Source of the DNA: Candidatus Latescibacterota bacterium | GTDB lineage: Bacteria > Latescibacterota > UBA2968 > GCA-2709665 | Reading direction: 5' to 3' | Assembly: GCA_965208835.1 (NCBI GenBank) | Contig: OZ242358.1 | Span: 1,792,001-1,856,000 of the forward strand | Length of the DNA stretch: 64,000 nucleotides | Shown: piece after piece, positions 29,932 through 39,740 of the stretch | Layout of the letters: each line of letters starts with the position of its first letter | Position numbering within the stretch: position 1 is the stretch's first letter | Notes under the pieces: model-generated | The model's input: only the letters and a program-made list of their open reading frames with translations | Told to the model about the DNA's origin: nothing | The model's database searches: none | Made by a program: the position numbers and the translations under genes

Positions 29932-29986
29932 TCCGGGCCCGCCGTTGTCAACGTTTGAGTGAATTACGGGATGCATGGTTCAATGG

Positions 29987-31234
29987 TCATCCCGCCTGAT
30001 CCCTGAAGACCGCGCTCGCCCCGGACAGCAGGTTTTCAACCCGTTCGCCGGCCTTTATCACGCCTCGAACCCGTCTCAGACGGGACACGTCCTCAAGGGG
30101 GTTTCCGTCCACGGCGATCACGTCGGCCAGATAGCCCGGCGCGAGGCGTCCCAGTCGATCCGCCACACCCAACATGCCCGCGGTATTCGTCGTCACCGCC
30201 CTGATCGCGTCGGCGTTTGAGACGCCCAGGTCCGCGAGCGCTCTGGCCTCCCGCCATAGCGTCGCATGCGTGCTGTCCGTTCCGAGGCAGACCTTCACCC
30301 CAGCGCGAACGGCGTCGGGCAGGTGGCGCGCCGTGCGTTCCCTGGCTCGCTCCACGCGCCTCCGCCACCAGTCCATGCGCCAGGTTTCGAAGGACTCGAA
30401 TCCAACCTCCCGGTCAAAGAACAGCTGAAGGTTGGGGTCGCTCAGGTACGCGCCGGACCTGACGAACAGGTCCACGTCTTCGGGCTTCAGCAGATTGGCG
30501 TGCTCGATGCTGTCGATCCCTGCCTCCATTGCCCACCGCATCGCCGGACCGCCGATCGCGTGCGCGGCGACCGGAACGCCCAGGTCGTGCGAGACGCCGA
30601 TGGCCGCCTCGATCTCCTCCCTCGAATAGGCCGCAACATCCGTCAAATCTCCGCGGAGGTAGTCCTCGAAGGTATCGCCGTCTCTCACGTTGGTAATGAA
30701 CAGCTTCGTCCAGTCCGCGCCGTGCGAGACATTCTCCCGTATCCGGGCTTCCAGTTCCGCTGCGCCGTCGGCCGGAAATGACAGAAAAGGCGCTGTCCCA
30801 TGACCAGGGCGCAGCGCCCGAACACACACCTTGAGGCGGGGACCCGCCGCCTCTTTTCGATCGATCGCCTCCTGGAACGGCTTTTCGATGCCCTCGCGGT
30901 CTCCAAGCGTCCGCATTGTGGTGACACCGGTTGCGAGATCGCTCCGCAGGTTCATCGCCCCCCGAAGGACCGCGGTTGCGGTATCCAGTTCGAAATGGAC
31001 GTTGAGCGGTACCCGGAAACGGTTGTTGGCCGTAATGTGGGCGTGGCCGTCGATCAGGGCGGGCATCACCGTCCAGGAAGACCAGTCCAGCGTCTCCCAG
31101 GCCGGATCCACGTTCAGGGCCGCCGGCGGGCCCGCCCCCAGCACCCGCTCGCCATCGATGATGACAATCCCGCCGGAAATCGGTGGCTCGCCGGGATCGG
31201 CGATAAGCAGCTTCGATTTGATCAGGGTCGGCAT
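29987..31234 (-). CDS. Metal-dependent amidohydrolase
   Basis: PALIDGHAH, AAHA, SIEH, GTDS, GYLADVI. Confidence 0.9.
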   Translation of the reverse strand: MPTLIKSKLLIADPGEPPISGGIVIIDGERVLGAGPPAALNVDPAWETLDWSSWTVMPALIDGHAHITANNRFRVPLNVHFELDTATAVLRGAMNLRSDLATGVTTMRTLGDREGIEKPFQEAIDRKEAAGPRLKVCVRALRPGHGTAPFLSFPADGAAELEARIRENVSHGADWTKLFITNVRDGDTFEDYLRGDLTDVAAYSREEIEAAIGVSHDLGVPVAAHAIGGPAMRWAMEAGIDSIEHANLLKPEDVDLFVRSGAYLSDPNLQLFFDREVGFESFETWRMDWWRRRVERARERTARHLPDAVRAGVKVCLGTDSTHATLWREARALADLGVSNADAIRAVTTNTAGMLGVADRLGRLAPGYLADVIAVDGNPLEDVSRLRRVRGVIKAGERVENLLSGASAVFRDQAG

Positions 31235-31273
31235 GGGCGTGCGGTGAGTTCTTCCCGACGGCGACGTCCGGCG

Positions 31274-32212
31274 TCAGACACGGACCAGTTTGCGGAAGCT
31301 GCGCATTTCCCTGGGGGGATCCATCTGCGAGCCGAATGCGCTCCAGGACACTTCTCCGACATAGATGTCCCCGCGTGAATCCACCGCCATTCCATGCGGC
31401 GCCGTGAACTGCCCCGGGCCCTCGCCGGCCCGGGGGTCTCCCAGCCGGGCGAGGCGTTCGCCATTCAGGTCGTGAATGCTCACGCACGAGCCCACGTTGG
31501 GATAGGTCTCGTTGACCTCGAGTTGCGTGGGAAGCTGTCCGATGTAGACGAGGTCGCCGTCGATGTGAAGGCCGCAGGGGCGGTGGAGATTGTTCCACTG
31601 CGTAAGATAGTTGCCTTCCTGGTCGAATACCTGCACACGGTGGTTCTCCCGGTCGGCGATGTAGACCGAGCCACGTCTGTCCGTACAGACGCTGTGTACC
31701 AGGTTGAACTGTCCCGGGTCCGTACCGTAGTCTCCCCAGGAGAAAAGGTGTTCGCCGTTCGATGAGAACCTGTGAACCCGTGCGTTGCCGTAACCGTCCG
31801 AGATGAAGAGATCTCCCGTCGCCGGATCGAATGCCACTTTCGTGGGCTGGTTGAACGGCTGCCCGCTCTGTGCCGGGGCGCCCTCGCCGGGGGCGCCGAT
31901 GACCATCAACACCTCGCCGTCGAGCGTGCACTTGCGGACACAGTGTCCCTGGTCGTCCACGCAATACAGCATTCCGTCGGGGCCCATGGTCAACCCGTGG
32001 GGGCGCACGAACAGGCCTTCTCCCCAGGATTCCAGGAATTGTCCGTCCCGGTCGAACACGATGACCGGATGTTCACCCCGGTTGAACACGTAGACCCGGT
32101 CGTCCGGGCCCACAGCCACGTCCACCACCTCCTTAAACCGCCAACCGCCGGGCAGACGCGCCCAATCGGTTCGTTCCTCATACCGGTATTCGCCGCTGCC
32201 GAGTAGCGCCAT
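31274..32212 (-). CDS. NHL-repeat protein (peptidyl-alpha-hydroxyglycine alpha-amidating lyase-like)
   Basis: FVRPHG, FNQPT, SDGYGNARV, ADRENHRVQVF, FTAPHG. Confidence 0.9.
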   Translation of the reverse strand: MALLGSGEYRYEERTDWARLPGGWRFKEVVDVAVGPDDRVYVFNRGEHPVIVFDRDGQFLESWGEGLFVRPHGLTMGPDGMLYCVDDQGHCVRKCTLDGEVLMVIGAPGEGAPAQSGQPFNQPTKVAFDPATGDLFISDGYGNARVHRFSSNGEHLFSWGDYGTDPGQFNLVHSVCTDRRGSVYIADRENHRVQVFDQEGNYLTQWNNLHRPCGLHIDGDLVYIGQLPTQLEVNETYPNVGSCVSIHDLNGERLARLGDPRAGEGPGQFTAPHGMAVDSRGDIYVGEVSWSAFGSQMDPPREMRSFRKLVRV

Positions 32213-32233
32213 AGGTCAACCCTTTCGCCGTGG

Positions 32234-32410
32234 TTAATGGAAATACCGAACCGCGGTCGTCCGCCAGGCGTAATCACGGGATCCGCGTTGTTTCTGAGAT
32301 TCATACAACCATTCGATCACCGTCCAGTATACGCCTGCCCACTCCGGCGTGTCAACCGTTACCGGCGTCGCCGGCGCGGGGTCGGTCGCCGTCTCCGGGG
32401 TACGCGCCAT
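32234..32410 (-). CDS. Possible 58-aa small protein
   Basis: ATG ORF that ends 21 nt before the NHL gene start. Pro/Thr-rich N-terminus, Trp/Tyr-rich C-terminus. Confidence 0.4.
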   Translation of the reverse strand: MARTPETATDPAPATPVTVDTPEWAGVYWTVIEWLYESQKQRGSRDYAWRTTAVRYFH

Positions 32411-32526
32411 CCCGTTACGGCCCACAATTTCCTTGTCTGCGAAAATGCACGGCGCTATCTTTTGCCGCAGGACGTTTCGACAGACTCCGAATTGTTCAAC
32501 ACGGCTCAAGACCGGAAACCGAAAAC

Positions 32527-32799
32527 GTGAATATCTCACCTGTGCAGGTCGCGTACCGCGGATTCCAGTGCGACCTCTCCGACGCGCGCATTCTGAACCG
32601 CATCCAGCGGGCGCTGAATGAGGGAAGGGTAAAACGCCCCCCGTTCACGCGCTGGCCGGGGGGAGAACCGATTTCCGTTCACATCGGCGAGTCGCACCTG
32701 GCGAACTGGAGACGACAGTTTGAAGGTGGCGAGAAAGTGGACCTGCCTGCGGAACTGAAAGAAGAACTGAACGATATTCTTGGTGTGGTCCCGTCGTGA
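32527..32799 (+). CDS. Hypothetical 90-aa protein
   Basis: GTG-start ORF with protein-like composition that fills the intergenic gap. Confidence 0.55.
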   Translation: MNISPVQVAYRGFQCDLSDARILNRIQRALNEGRVKRPPFTRWPGGEPISVHIGESHLANWRRQFEGGEKVDLPAELKEELNDILGVVPS

Positions 32800-32851
32800 A
32801 GGGAAACGCGAGCGTAGAATGAATGGCTCCCGGCGTCGCTCATAAAATGGT

Positions 32852-32978
32852 GGTGAGAAGGAAGACGGTAGACGGGAGAGATTGCCTGCCTTGCGAGGAT
32901 TCGTTTCGTGCCGAAGGCAAAAAGGAATATTGTACCGGGCGAAGATTTCTTCTCGCGTCTTACGTCTTGCGTCTACCC
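32852..32978 (+). mobile_element. Heptamer-arm element, copy 2
   Basis: Same core and arms as 27424-27552. Confidence 0.75.
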
Positions 32979-33013
32979 GATTTTCTGCCTTTGATTTGGA
33001 AAAGGAGACCGCG

Positions 33014-33823
33014 ATGGATGACGAAGAGAGATATTTCTTCGACCTGAACGGCTATCTCGTGGTGGAGAACGCCCTCTCCTCCGAGGAAGTTGCCGCGTGC
33101 AACGAAGCGATAGACCGAAACGCCGACCGCATCCGGGAACGGCCGGAAGAACAATCCCTGTCGGGGAAATCCAGCACGCTCAAGGGCCAGCAGGGCCGCG
33201 GCGACCTGGGCGGAATGCTGACCTGGCCGAAGCCGTGGTGTCAGCCCTTCCGGGATCTCTTGACCCATCCGAATATCGTCCCGTACCTCAACGAACTGCT
33301 GCGTGAGGGCTTCCGCCTGGACCACGTCTACGGCATCATCATGCGCAAGGGTACGGAAGGACACGTGCTGCACGGCGGCGGCACCGCGGACGACCTGACC
33401 CATTTCTACCAGTTCCACAATGGAAGGATGCGCTGCGGTCTTACGGTTGTCGCCTGGATGTTCACGGACTGCGGACCTGGAGACGGCGGCTTTTCGTGCA
33501 TACCCGGAAGCCACAAGTCGAACTATCCCACGCCGCGGGGCGTGGCCCTGCTGGACCGGGACATCGGCGTGGTACGTCAGGTGGAAGCGAAGGCCGGCTC
33601 GGCCGTCATTTTCACCGAAGCCCTCACGCACGGCACGATGCCCTGGACGGCAGAACACCAGCGACGTTCCATCCTGTACAAGTACTCGCCAGGGCCGTTG
33701 ACCTATTCGAGAGTCCACGTACCTGTAGGCGTTGCCGAAGTGCTTGACGAGTTCACGCCGCAGCAGCGCGCCGTACTGGAGCCGCCTTACCGCCCGGCGC
33801 GCCCGACCGTATCGACCGGCTGA
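33014..33823 (+). CDS. Phytanoyl-CoA dioxygenase family protein
   Basis: FDLNGYLVV, LHGG, IPGSHKSN, FTEALTHGT. AGGAG RBS. Confidence 0.88.
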   Translation: MDDEERYFFDLNGYLVVENALSSEEVAACNEAIDRNADRIRERPEEQSLSGKSSTLKGQQGRGDLGGMLTWPKPWCQPFRDLLTHPNIVPYLNELLREGFRLDHVYGIIMRKGTEGHVLHGGGTADDLTHFYQFHNGRMRCGLTVVAWMFTDCGPGDGGFSCIPGSHKSNYPTPRGVALLDRDIGVVRQVEAKAGSAVIFTEALTHGTMPWTAEHQRRSILYKYSPGPLTYSRVHVPVGVAEVLDEFTPQQRAVLEPPYRPARPTVSTG

Positions 33824-33961
33824 GCCCTGTCACTCCGGGTTCGAACACCCGGGTTGACGTTTCGACCTCCGGCAGCACGCCACGCAAAGGGCCCCGGTCC
33901 TCTCAGACAGGGGCCCGAATCGTTGACTGACGGCGTCGAAGCCATTCTGTCGCCGATCAAT

Positions 33962-35110
33962 CTATAGATAGTTCACGCCGTACCACAGCGCGGGAATCGG
34001 GAACACCTCCGCCAGAACCTCGCCCGCACGACCTCCCGACTTCAGCAGGGCCTCTTCGGCGCCATCGAGCGTGCCGAATATCAACTGAATCGCCGCCCCC
34101 TGGTCGGGCGCCACCACTTGGTCGCCGCCATAGGAGAAGATCATCTCGTCGCCCTGCTGCCTGAAGACCAGGCTTTGCGCCTCCGTTTCACCTATTGCTT
34201 CAGCGAAATAGGGACGCATCCGCTCCATGAACTGCTCAAAGTTGATCAGCGTGACCGTCCCCGATGAATTTTCCGGCGTGCCGGTGAGTCCCCTGGACTG
34301 AAGGCATTCCTGGAACCATCTGTCGCAGCCCATGACGTGGACGCCGAGCGACTGGATGTCCAGCTCCCGGATGATCTTTCCAAGCGCACCGGTCAGGCAC
34401 CGGCGGTTTCCCGACGCCTCCTGCACGCTTATGCTGTCTCCCACTGCGCCGGGGTGCTGCACCATCACGTATCCGCGCATCATCCCTGCCTCACACACTT
34501 TGAACACCAGCGTGCGCCGGTTCATGACGAACCCGTCGAATGCGTGGGCGTAATCGGACAGCGGCCGCATCCACCGCACATGCTCCTCCCGGTATACGGA
34601 TGCCATCGCGGGCACGTCGTCGACGGTGGCCGCCAGCAGTTCCACGCCGTCGTCGTCAAAATCGCCGGCCCTTTCCGCGGGCACGGAGAATCCCCAGTCG
34701 CGGCCGACGTACCGGCAGCCGTACCGGTGGTACATCTTGCGATATCCGGATACCAGCATGAAATCCACCCCGTCCTCCCGGCAGACTCGCATCGTGTCTT
34801 CGAACAGGGCGGTTGCGTATCCCTTGCCGCGGTACTCTTCGTACGTGGCCACACCGCCCAGGGACGACGTGCGCACGGTGCATCCGAAAATGGACGCATT
34901 CCGCCGAAGCGCGCCGATATGGGACACGACCCGGCCGTCCACCACCACCACCCGCATTTCACCGGCGTGGGCCGGGGTGTAGAAGTGCGGGTATTCCTGG
35001 ACCAGTCCGGGCCGGAACACGGTGTGGACCAGTTCGGCGAGGCTCTCGAATTCATCGGGATGCAGGCTGCGCATGCCATCGCGCCATGAGGGTTCGGGTT
35101 CTCTGGGCAT
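33962..35110 (-). CDS. GNAT acetyltransferase (Eis-like)
   Basis: GGVATYEEYRGKGYAT acetyl-CoA motif, multi-domain length, GGGAGG RBS. Confidence 0.82.
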   Translation of the reverse strand: MPREPEPSWRDGMRSLHPDEFESLAELVHTVFRPGLVQEYPHFYTPAHAGEMRVVVVDGRVVSHIGALRRNASIFGCTVRTSSLGGVATYEEYRGKGYATALFEDTMRVCREDGVDFMLVSGYRKMYHRYGCRYVGRDWGFSVPAERAGDFDDDGVELLAATVDDVPAMASVYREEHVRWMRPLSDYAHAFDGFVMNRRTLVFKVCEAGMMRGYVMVQHPGAVGDSISVQEASGNRRCLTGALGKIIRELDIQSLGVHVMGCDRWFQECLQSRGLTGTPENSSGTVTLINFEQFMERMRPYFAEAIGETEAQSLVFRQQGDEMIFSYGGDQVVAPDQGAAIQLIFGTLDGAEEALLKSGGRAGEVLAEVFPIPALWYGVNYL

Positions 35111-35243
35111 TCTGGCCTCCCTATGCCGGGGGACCGGCGGTCCCCGACAAGTCAGATGGTCTGTCAAAAATGGTTTGCAAAAACGAACTCGCCGGGCTCC
35201 GGGATAAACAGATGGGAACTCAACCCGTCTCCCGCGCCGGCGT

Positions 35244-36191
35244 TTACGCGGCCTCGTTATCCATGAACCCCGGCACGCTGAAATATCGTTCCGCCGAATC
35301 GCAGATCACCGTGGCCACGCGCCTGCCCTCGCCCAGCTGCTCCGCCACCCGGAGCGCGGCCCAGACGTTCGCGCCGGCCGAAATGCCACTCAGGATGCCC
35401 TCCTCGGCCGCAAGGCGTCTGGCTGCCTCGAACGCATCGGCTTCCGTGGCGCAGATCACGCGGTCGTAGATCTCCCGGTTCAGCACCTCGGGAACGAACC
35501 CCGCGCCGATGCCCTGTATGTCGTGAAGCCCCGGCGCGCCGCCGGACAGCACGTTGGAGCGCTGCGGTTCCACGGCCACCACCAATAGCCCCGGCAACTC
35601 CGCCTTCAGGACTTCGCCCACGCCGGTGATGGTGCCGCCGGTGCCCACGCCGGCCACGAACGCGTCCAGCCGCCCCTCCACCGCATCCAGGATCTCGCGC
35701 GCGGTTGTGCGCCGGTGTACATCGGGATTGGCGGGATTGGCGAACTGCTGCGGCATGAACGTGTCGCCGGGGGCTTCCCGCACGATGCGCATCGCCTCGT
35801 CCACGGCGCCCTGCATGTCCTCCGCGCCCGGCGTCAGCACCACTTCGGCCCCGAAGCTCTGCAGAAGGTCCCGCCTCTCGCGGCTCATGGAATCCGGCAT
35901 GGTCAGGACCAGGCGAAAACCCTTCGCCGCGGCCACGAGCGCCAGGCCGATACCCGTATTTCCACTGGTGGGTTCGACGATCGTCATGCCCGGTTTCAGG
36001 CTGCCGTCCCGCTCGGCCGCATCGATCATGGCGTACGCGATCCGGTCCTTCACCGAACAGACCGGGTTGCAGGCCTCCATCTTTACGGCCACGTCCGCCA
36101 TGCCCGGTTCCACCATCCGGTTCAGCCGAACCATCGGCGTGTCGCCGATCAGTTCTAGGATATCGTCCACCACCGCGTTGGCCGCTGGCAT
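35244..36191 (-). CDS. cysK: Cysteine synthase A
   Basis: SVKDRIA, EPTSGNTG, GVGTGGT, IQGIGAG. Confidence 0.95.
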   Translation of the reverse strand: MPAANAVVDDILELIGDTPMVRLNRMVEPGMADVAVKMEACNPVCSVKDRIAYAMIDAAERDGSLKPGMTIVEPTSGNTGIGLALVAAAKGFRLVLTMPDSMSRERRDLLQSFGAEVVLTPGAEDMQGAVDEAMRIVREAPGDTFMPQQFANPANPDVHRRTTAREILDAVEGRLDAFVAGVGTGGTITGVGEVLKAELPGLLVVAVEPQRSNVLSGGAPGLHDIQGIGAGFVPEVLNREIYDRVICATEADAFEAARRLAAEEGILSGISAGANVWAALRVAEQLGEGRRVATVICDSAERYFSVPGFMDNEAA

Positions 36192-36346
36192 GTTGGTCCT
36201 TTGTTACAAGATGGGACTGAAACCTTCCCCACGATAGGCCTGATAATCAATACACCAACAGGCACAAAAACACAAAAGGCAAGGGGCTTATATACATGAA
36301 TGGCTGACTCGCTGCTGCTGCTGCCGGCCTGCCCCACGAACGATGT

Positions 36347-36868
36347 CTATTCCAGCGCCTTCCCGTTGTCCCCGGAATCTTCAGTGACGCTTGTGCCTCT
36401 TGTGGCCACTCCCCCGCTCTCATCGCGGCCTGCCACGGCCTCGATCGCCATCTTCCCCAGCCGCTGAATGTCTTCCGCGATCGTTTCGTCCTCCAGGTCC
36501 GCGGGGCCGCACCACCGGTATCCCTCCGCCTCTGAGGCCGCCACCTTGAGGCTGCCGCCCGTCACCCGCGCGAAATAGATCAGGTCGACATGCTGGTGAT
36601 CGTCCGAAATCTGTTCCAGGAGGATGCACTCGGGGCGGCTTAATACGTCCACCGTGCCCATGCGGTAGCGGGGCGACAGCAGGTCCACCTCAAGACCGCA
36701 CTCTTCACGGACCTCGCGGACGGCCGCGTCGCACGGCAGTTCGTCTTCGTCGATATGCCCGCCCGGCGGAAGCCACAGCCGGAGCCGTTTGTGAAACAGC
36801 AACAACGTCCGGCCATCCCGAACGACGAACGTGGTTGCGGTGAAATCCCGGGTCGTCATCGTTCCCAA
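36347..36868 (-). CDS. NUDIX hydrolase
   Basis: PGGHIDEDELPCDAAVREVREECG Nudix box. Confidence 0.9.
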   Translation of the reverse strand: MGTMTTRDFTATTFVVRDGRTLLLFHKRLRLWLPPGGHIDEDELPCDAAVREVREECGLEVDLLSPRYRMGTVDVLSRPECILLEQISDDHQHVDLIYFARVTGGSLKVAASEAEGYRWCGPADLEDETIAEDIQRLGKMAIEAVAGRDESGGVATRGTSVTEDSGDNGKALE

Positions 36869-36908
36869 TATACTCTGCGGTCAGGTTGGGAGCAAAGTCA
36901 AAAACGAC

Positions 36909-37110
36909 CAGGATTAAGCAGGATTAGATCAGGATTAAGCAGGATTAAGGCAAATGCGGGGACGGGGAAACCCACCGAGATCCTGCTCGTGATGTGAGTC
37001 AACTGGGAAAAGCCTGACAGTATCAGGAATCACTGGATTAAACAGAATTAAGGCAGAGGCGAGGACAGGGAAACCGTCCGAATTCTTCCTGCCGAAGTGA
37101 GTCAACGTGG
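36909..37110 (+). repeat. CAGGATTAA-type ~9-mer tandem plus ~80-bp local duplication
   Basis: Four CAGGATTA units. 36930-37006 is repeated imperfectly at 37033-37110, and both copies end in GTGAGTCAAC. Confidence 0.75.
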
Positions 37111-37206
37111 GCGACGGTTACGCTGACGACGCATCTCATGCCGGCTCCGGACTATGACCGCACTGTCCGTCATCCGCCTCGGCCAGTGAAGCAGCACATC
37201 CGCATC

Positions 37207-37228
37207 ACTCCCCCCTTGAGGGGGAGTC
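37207..37228. repeat. REP-like palindrome
   Basis: ACTCCCCCCTTGAGGGGGAGT hairpin. Confidence 0.55.
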
Positions 37229-37438
37229 GCAGAAGCCGAGCCGAACCCCTGCGGACACGCACTGGGTATGCCTGCGTTTAGCCGATCAAAGGGACCGGCG
37301 ACGGCTGATGCGGTGGAGGGAGTTCAAGGTCGAATTCTGTGACGCTTCAGGATCGGCTGTCATCCTGCCTATCCTGTTCATCCATGTAAGATTGGGTTTT
37401 GCCTGTGGAGGCGGTAGGGGGGTATCGTCGATCTCGGG

Positions 37439-37819
37439 TTACCAGATGGTCTGCGGATAGAACGTCCGGATTCTTGAATCGGATGTGACGATGGGGCAGG
37501 CGTTGAGGCTGGCGGTTGCGACGATGGTGCGATCGGCAGGATCGCGATGGTCCCAATCGAGTTCGAGGTTTCCGATCCATGTTCGGACGCATACCGGCAG
37601 GATTTCGACGCGGTCGACTTGCTCGAGTCTACTGGTGAATTCGCGAATGGGTGCCGGGATAACCAGTTGTTGTTTCTTCACTTTAATTCCGATTTCCCAT
37701 ATAGAGATTGCGCTCAGGGCAATCCTGTCGGCGTCAGTGATGGCCTGCGTTGCTGCCGTAGACAACCGATCACGATCCAGCGTCCAGATTACAAGGGCCG
37801 AAGTGTCCAGCAGCACCAT
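37439..37819 (-). CDS. vapC: VapC/PIN-domain toxin
   Basis: LLDTSALVIW, SAISIWEI, HRDPADR, VTSD. Coupled to the upstream antitoxin (TAATG). Confidence 0.92.
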   Translation of the reverse strand: MVLLDTSALVIWTLDRDRLSTAATQAITDADRIALSAISIWEIGIKVKKQQLVIPAPIREFTSRLEQVDRVEILPVCVRTWIGNLELDWDHRDPADRTIVATASLNACPIVTSDSRIRTFYPQTIW

Positions 37820-38049
37820 TACACGTCCGCCCATTCATCAGTGGTTGGCAGATTGATGTCTTCGTGATAGATCACGCCGCCCTGAATGTCGCCGAAAGCT
37901 TCTTCCACGGTCTTCTTGCGTGCAATAGGCAGAATGCGCAGCACCGGTCGACCGCGATCCGTGACGATCAGTTCTTCGCCGGAATCATCAAGTTCGCGAA
38001 AGATACGGAGCATTTGTGCTTTCAATTTGCTCTTTGAGATGGTTTGCAA
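37819..38049 (-). CDS. Phd/YefM family antitoxin
   Basis: ISKSKLKAQMLRIFR...GEELIVTDRGRPV. Confidence 0.9.
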   Translation of the reverse strand: MQTISKSKLKAQMLRIFRELDDSGEELIVTDRGRPVLRILPIARKKTVEEAFGDIQGGVIYHEDINLPTTDEWADV

Positions 38050-38072
38050 GGTTTCTCCTCAATTAAAGTTTA

Positions 38073-38096
38073 TGACTATGGTCATGACTATAGTCA
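38073..38096. promoter_or_regulatory. Antitoxin operator (tandem palindromes)
   Basis: TGACTATGGTCA-TGACTATAGTCA just upstream of the phd-like gene. Confidence 0.75.
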
Positions 38097-38284
38097 ATAT
38101 ACACAAATGCAAACATCCGGTCAACGAATTTTCTGACATGGATTGACTACAGAATACTTTCCTTGTTTGACTATGATTTACTGTGATTGGGACAATGGAG
38201 GGATAGAGGGGGCAGGATGTACCTGGAGTCCGGGCGGCGTTTCGTTTTCGGCCTTTGTCCTGCCTATCCTGTGCATCCATGTTT

Positions 38285-38545
38285 CGTACGTCTTTGCACA
38301 GGCCGATAGCCAGAACTTTGCGCAGACCCAACCGCCACCGGCGTCAGTGTCATCTGCATTTACTCGCGCAGCCGGATCTTGATTTCGTCAACAGAAGCCG
38401 TGTCCAGGAACAACGCCAATTCCTTCTTGAGGTTTTCCCTGGATTCGGCTGCGGTCTTTCCCTGGCTCGCGATGTCCAACTCTGGGCAGAGCGCGACGTA
38501 CCCATCGCCCACGCGCTCGATAACTGCCGTCAACTGCCTGCTCAT
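38285..38545 (-). pseudogene. hicB: Decayed hicB (premature TAA) with probable hicA N-terminal remnant
   Basis: QLTAVIER..GYVALCPELDIASQG. TAA at 38360 is followed in frame by ..TPVAVG. An overlapping LGLRKVL..CK reading is cut off by the 9-mer repeat. Confidence 0.7.
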
Positions 38546-38918
38546 CACCAACTCACGCAATCCCGACTCGATGAATTAACATGGATTCAACTGCATGAAG
38601 GAGAAGCATCCCGGCTTGCCAACGATTCGAGCGATTTCTGTATTATATATGATTATACGTGCGGTGGGTTCCCGGTTTTATCCTCTCGATCCTGTGTATT
38701 TTTTCTTGGTGGCCTTTCGCTACTAACAATGGCCTACATGGATGGACAGGATAAACAGGATTAGAACCTTGAAAATCGACTGCCCCAATCAAACCTATGC
38801 GACGGGAAAGCCAGTCAAAGCGGACCTTGAGCCCACTTAAACGTGGTCACTGAGCTTGCCTGCATTGCGTGTGCTGAGCCTGTCGAAGCAAGCTTGTCGA
38901 AATGTCGAAGTGTACGTG

Positions 38919-39148
38919 TTTCGGCACCCGTTCGACTCCCATGCACAGCCCTTCGCCGATCCCTTCGACAAGCTCAGGGAGCGGCTCCGGGCAAGGCTAA
39001 GGGCCTCAGTTTTGGAGACCACGGTATGGTTCACGTGCTACGGTGTCTCGGCCCCCACCATGTCTCGTGTCGTGCCCTGCCTGATTCCCCTGCTTGTCCC
39101 GCATTTGTGGTTTTCCGCCTTTATCCTGCCTATCCTGTGTATCCATGT
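38919..39148 (+). repeat. ~230-bp segment duplicated at 42766-43005
   Basis: TTTCGGCACCCGTTCGACT...REP...ATGGTTCA...CCTGATT...9-mer repeat is present in both copies. Confidence 0.82.
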
Positions 39149-39290
39149 TTATGGATCTATGAGTTGACATAAATGTGCGCGAACAGCCATAACGCGGCAG
39201 GAATGCGGCTGGCCAGCCGGCGATGTAGGTGGGGCTTTGATTCGGAGCGAAGAAGCGTTAAATTTGGCTAAAGATCCTGAGGAGATGAAT

Positions 39291-39581
39291 ATGCATATGA
39301 AAAATCCGCCGCATCCTGGACATTCGGTGCGTTACGATTGCCTGGAACCGCTTGGCTTGAGTGTCGCGGAAGCCGCACCAAAACTCGGTGTCGCCCGAAA
39401 ACACCTGTCTGATATCGTCAGCGGTCAGGCTGGCATCTCACCCGAGATGGCGATTCGCCTGGACAAGGCGTTCAGCGGCGGCGCGCAAACGTGGTACCGG
39501 ATGCAAGCCGCCTACGACCTCGCACAGGCCATGCAGAGGGCTGACGAGATACGCGTCGAGCGTCTTGTCATGCACGAGTGA
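39291..39581 (+). CDS. higA: HigA/VapI family antitoxin (orphan)
   Basis: [34 protein letters not shown]. No intact higB upstream. Confidence 0.9.
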   Translation: MHMKNPPHPGHSVRYDCLEPLGLSVAEAAPKLGVARKHLSDIVSGQAGISPEMAIRLDKAFSGGAQTWYRMQAAYDLAQAMQRADEIRVERLVMHE

Positions 39582-39740
39582 ATTCTGACTGTACTGACGA
39601 ATGCTAGTCGTCCACCCTGACATTCCGCCCATCCCACCATTCCGCCTTCCTCAATTTGAGTCAGATCCGCACGTGGTTATACTGGCTCGCCAGTTTATTG
39701 GTTTTCCGCCTTTATCCTGCCTATCCTGTGCATCCATGTT

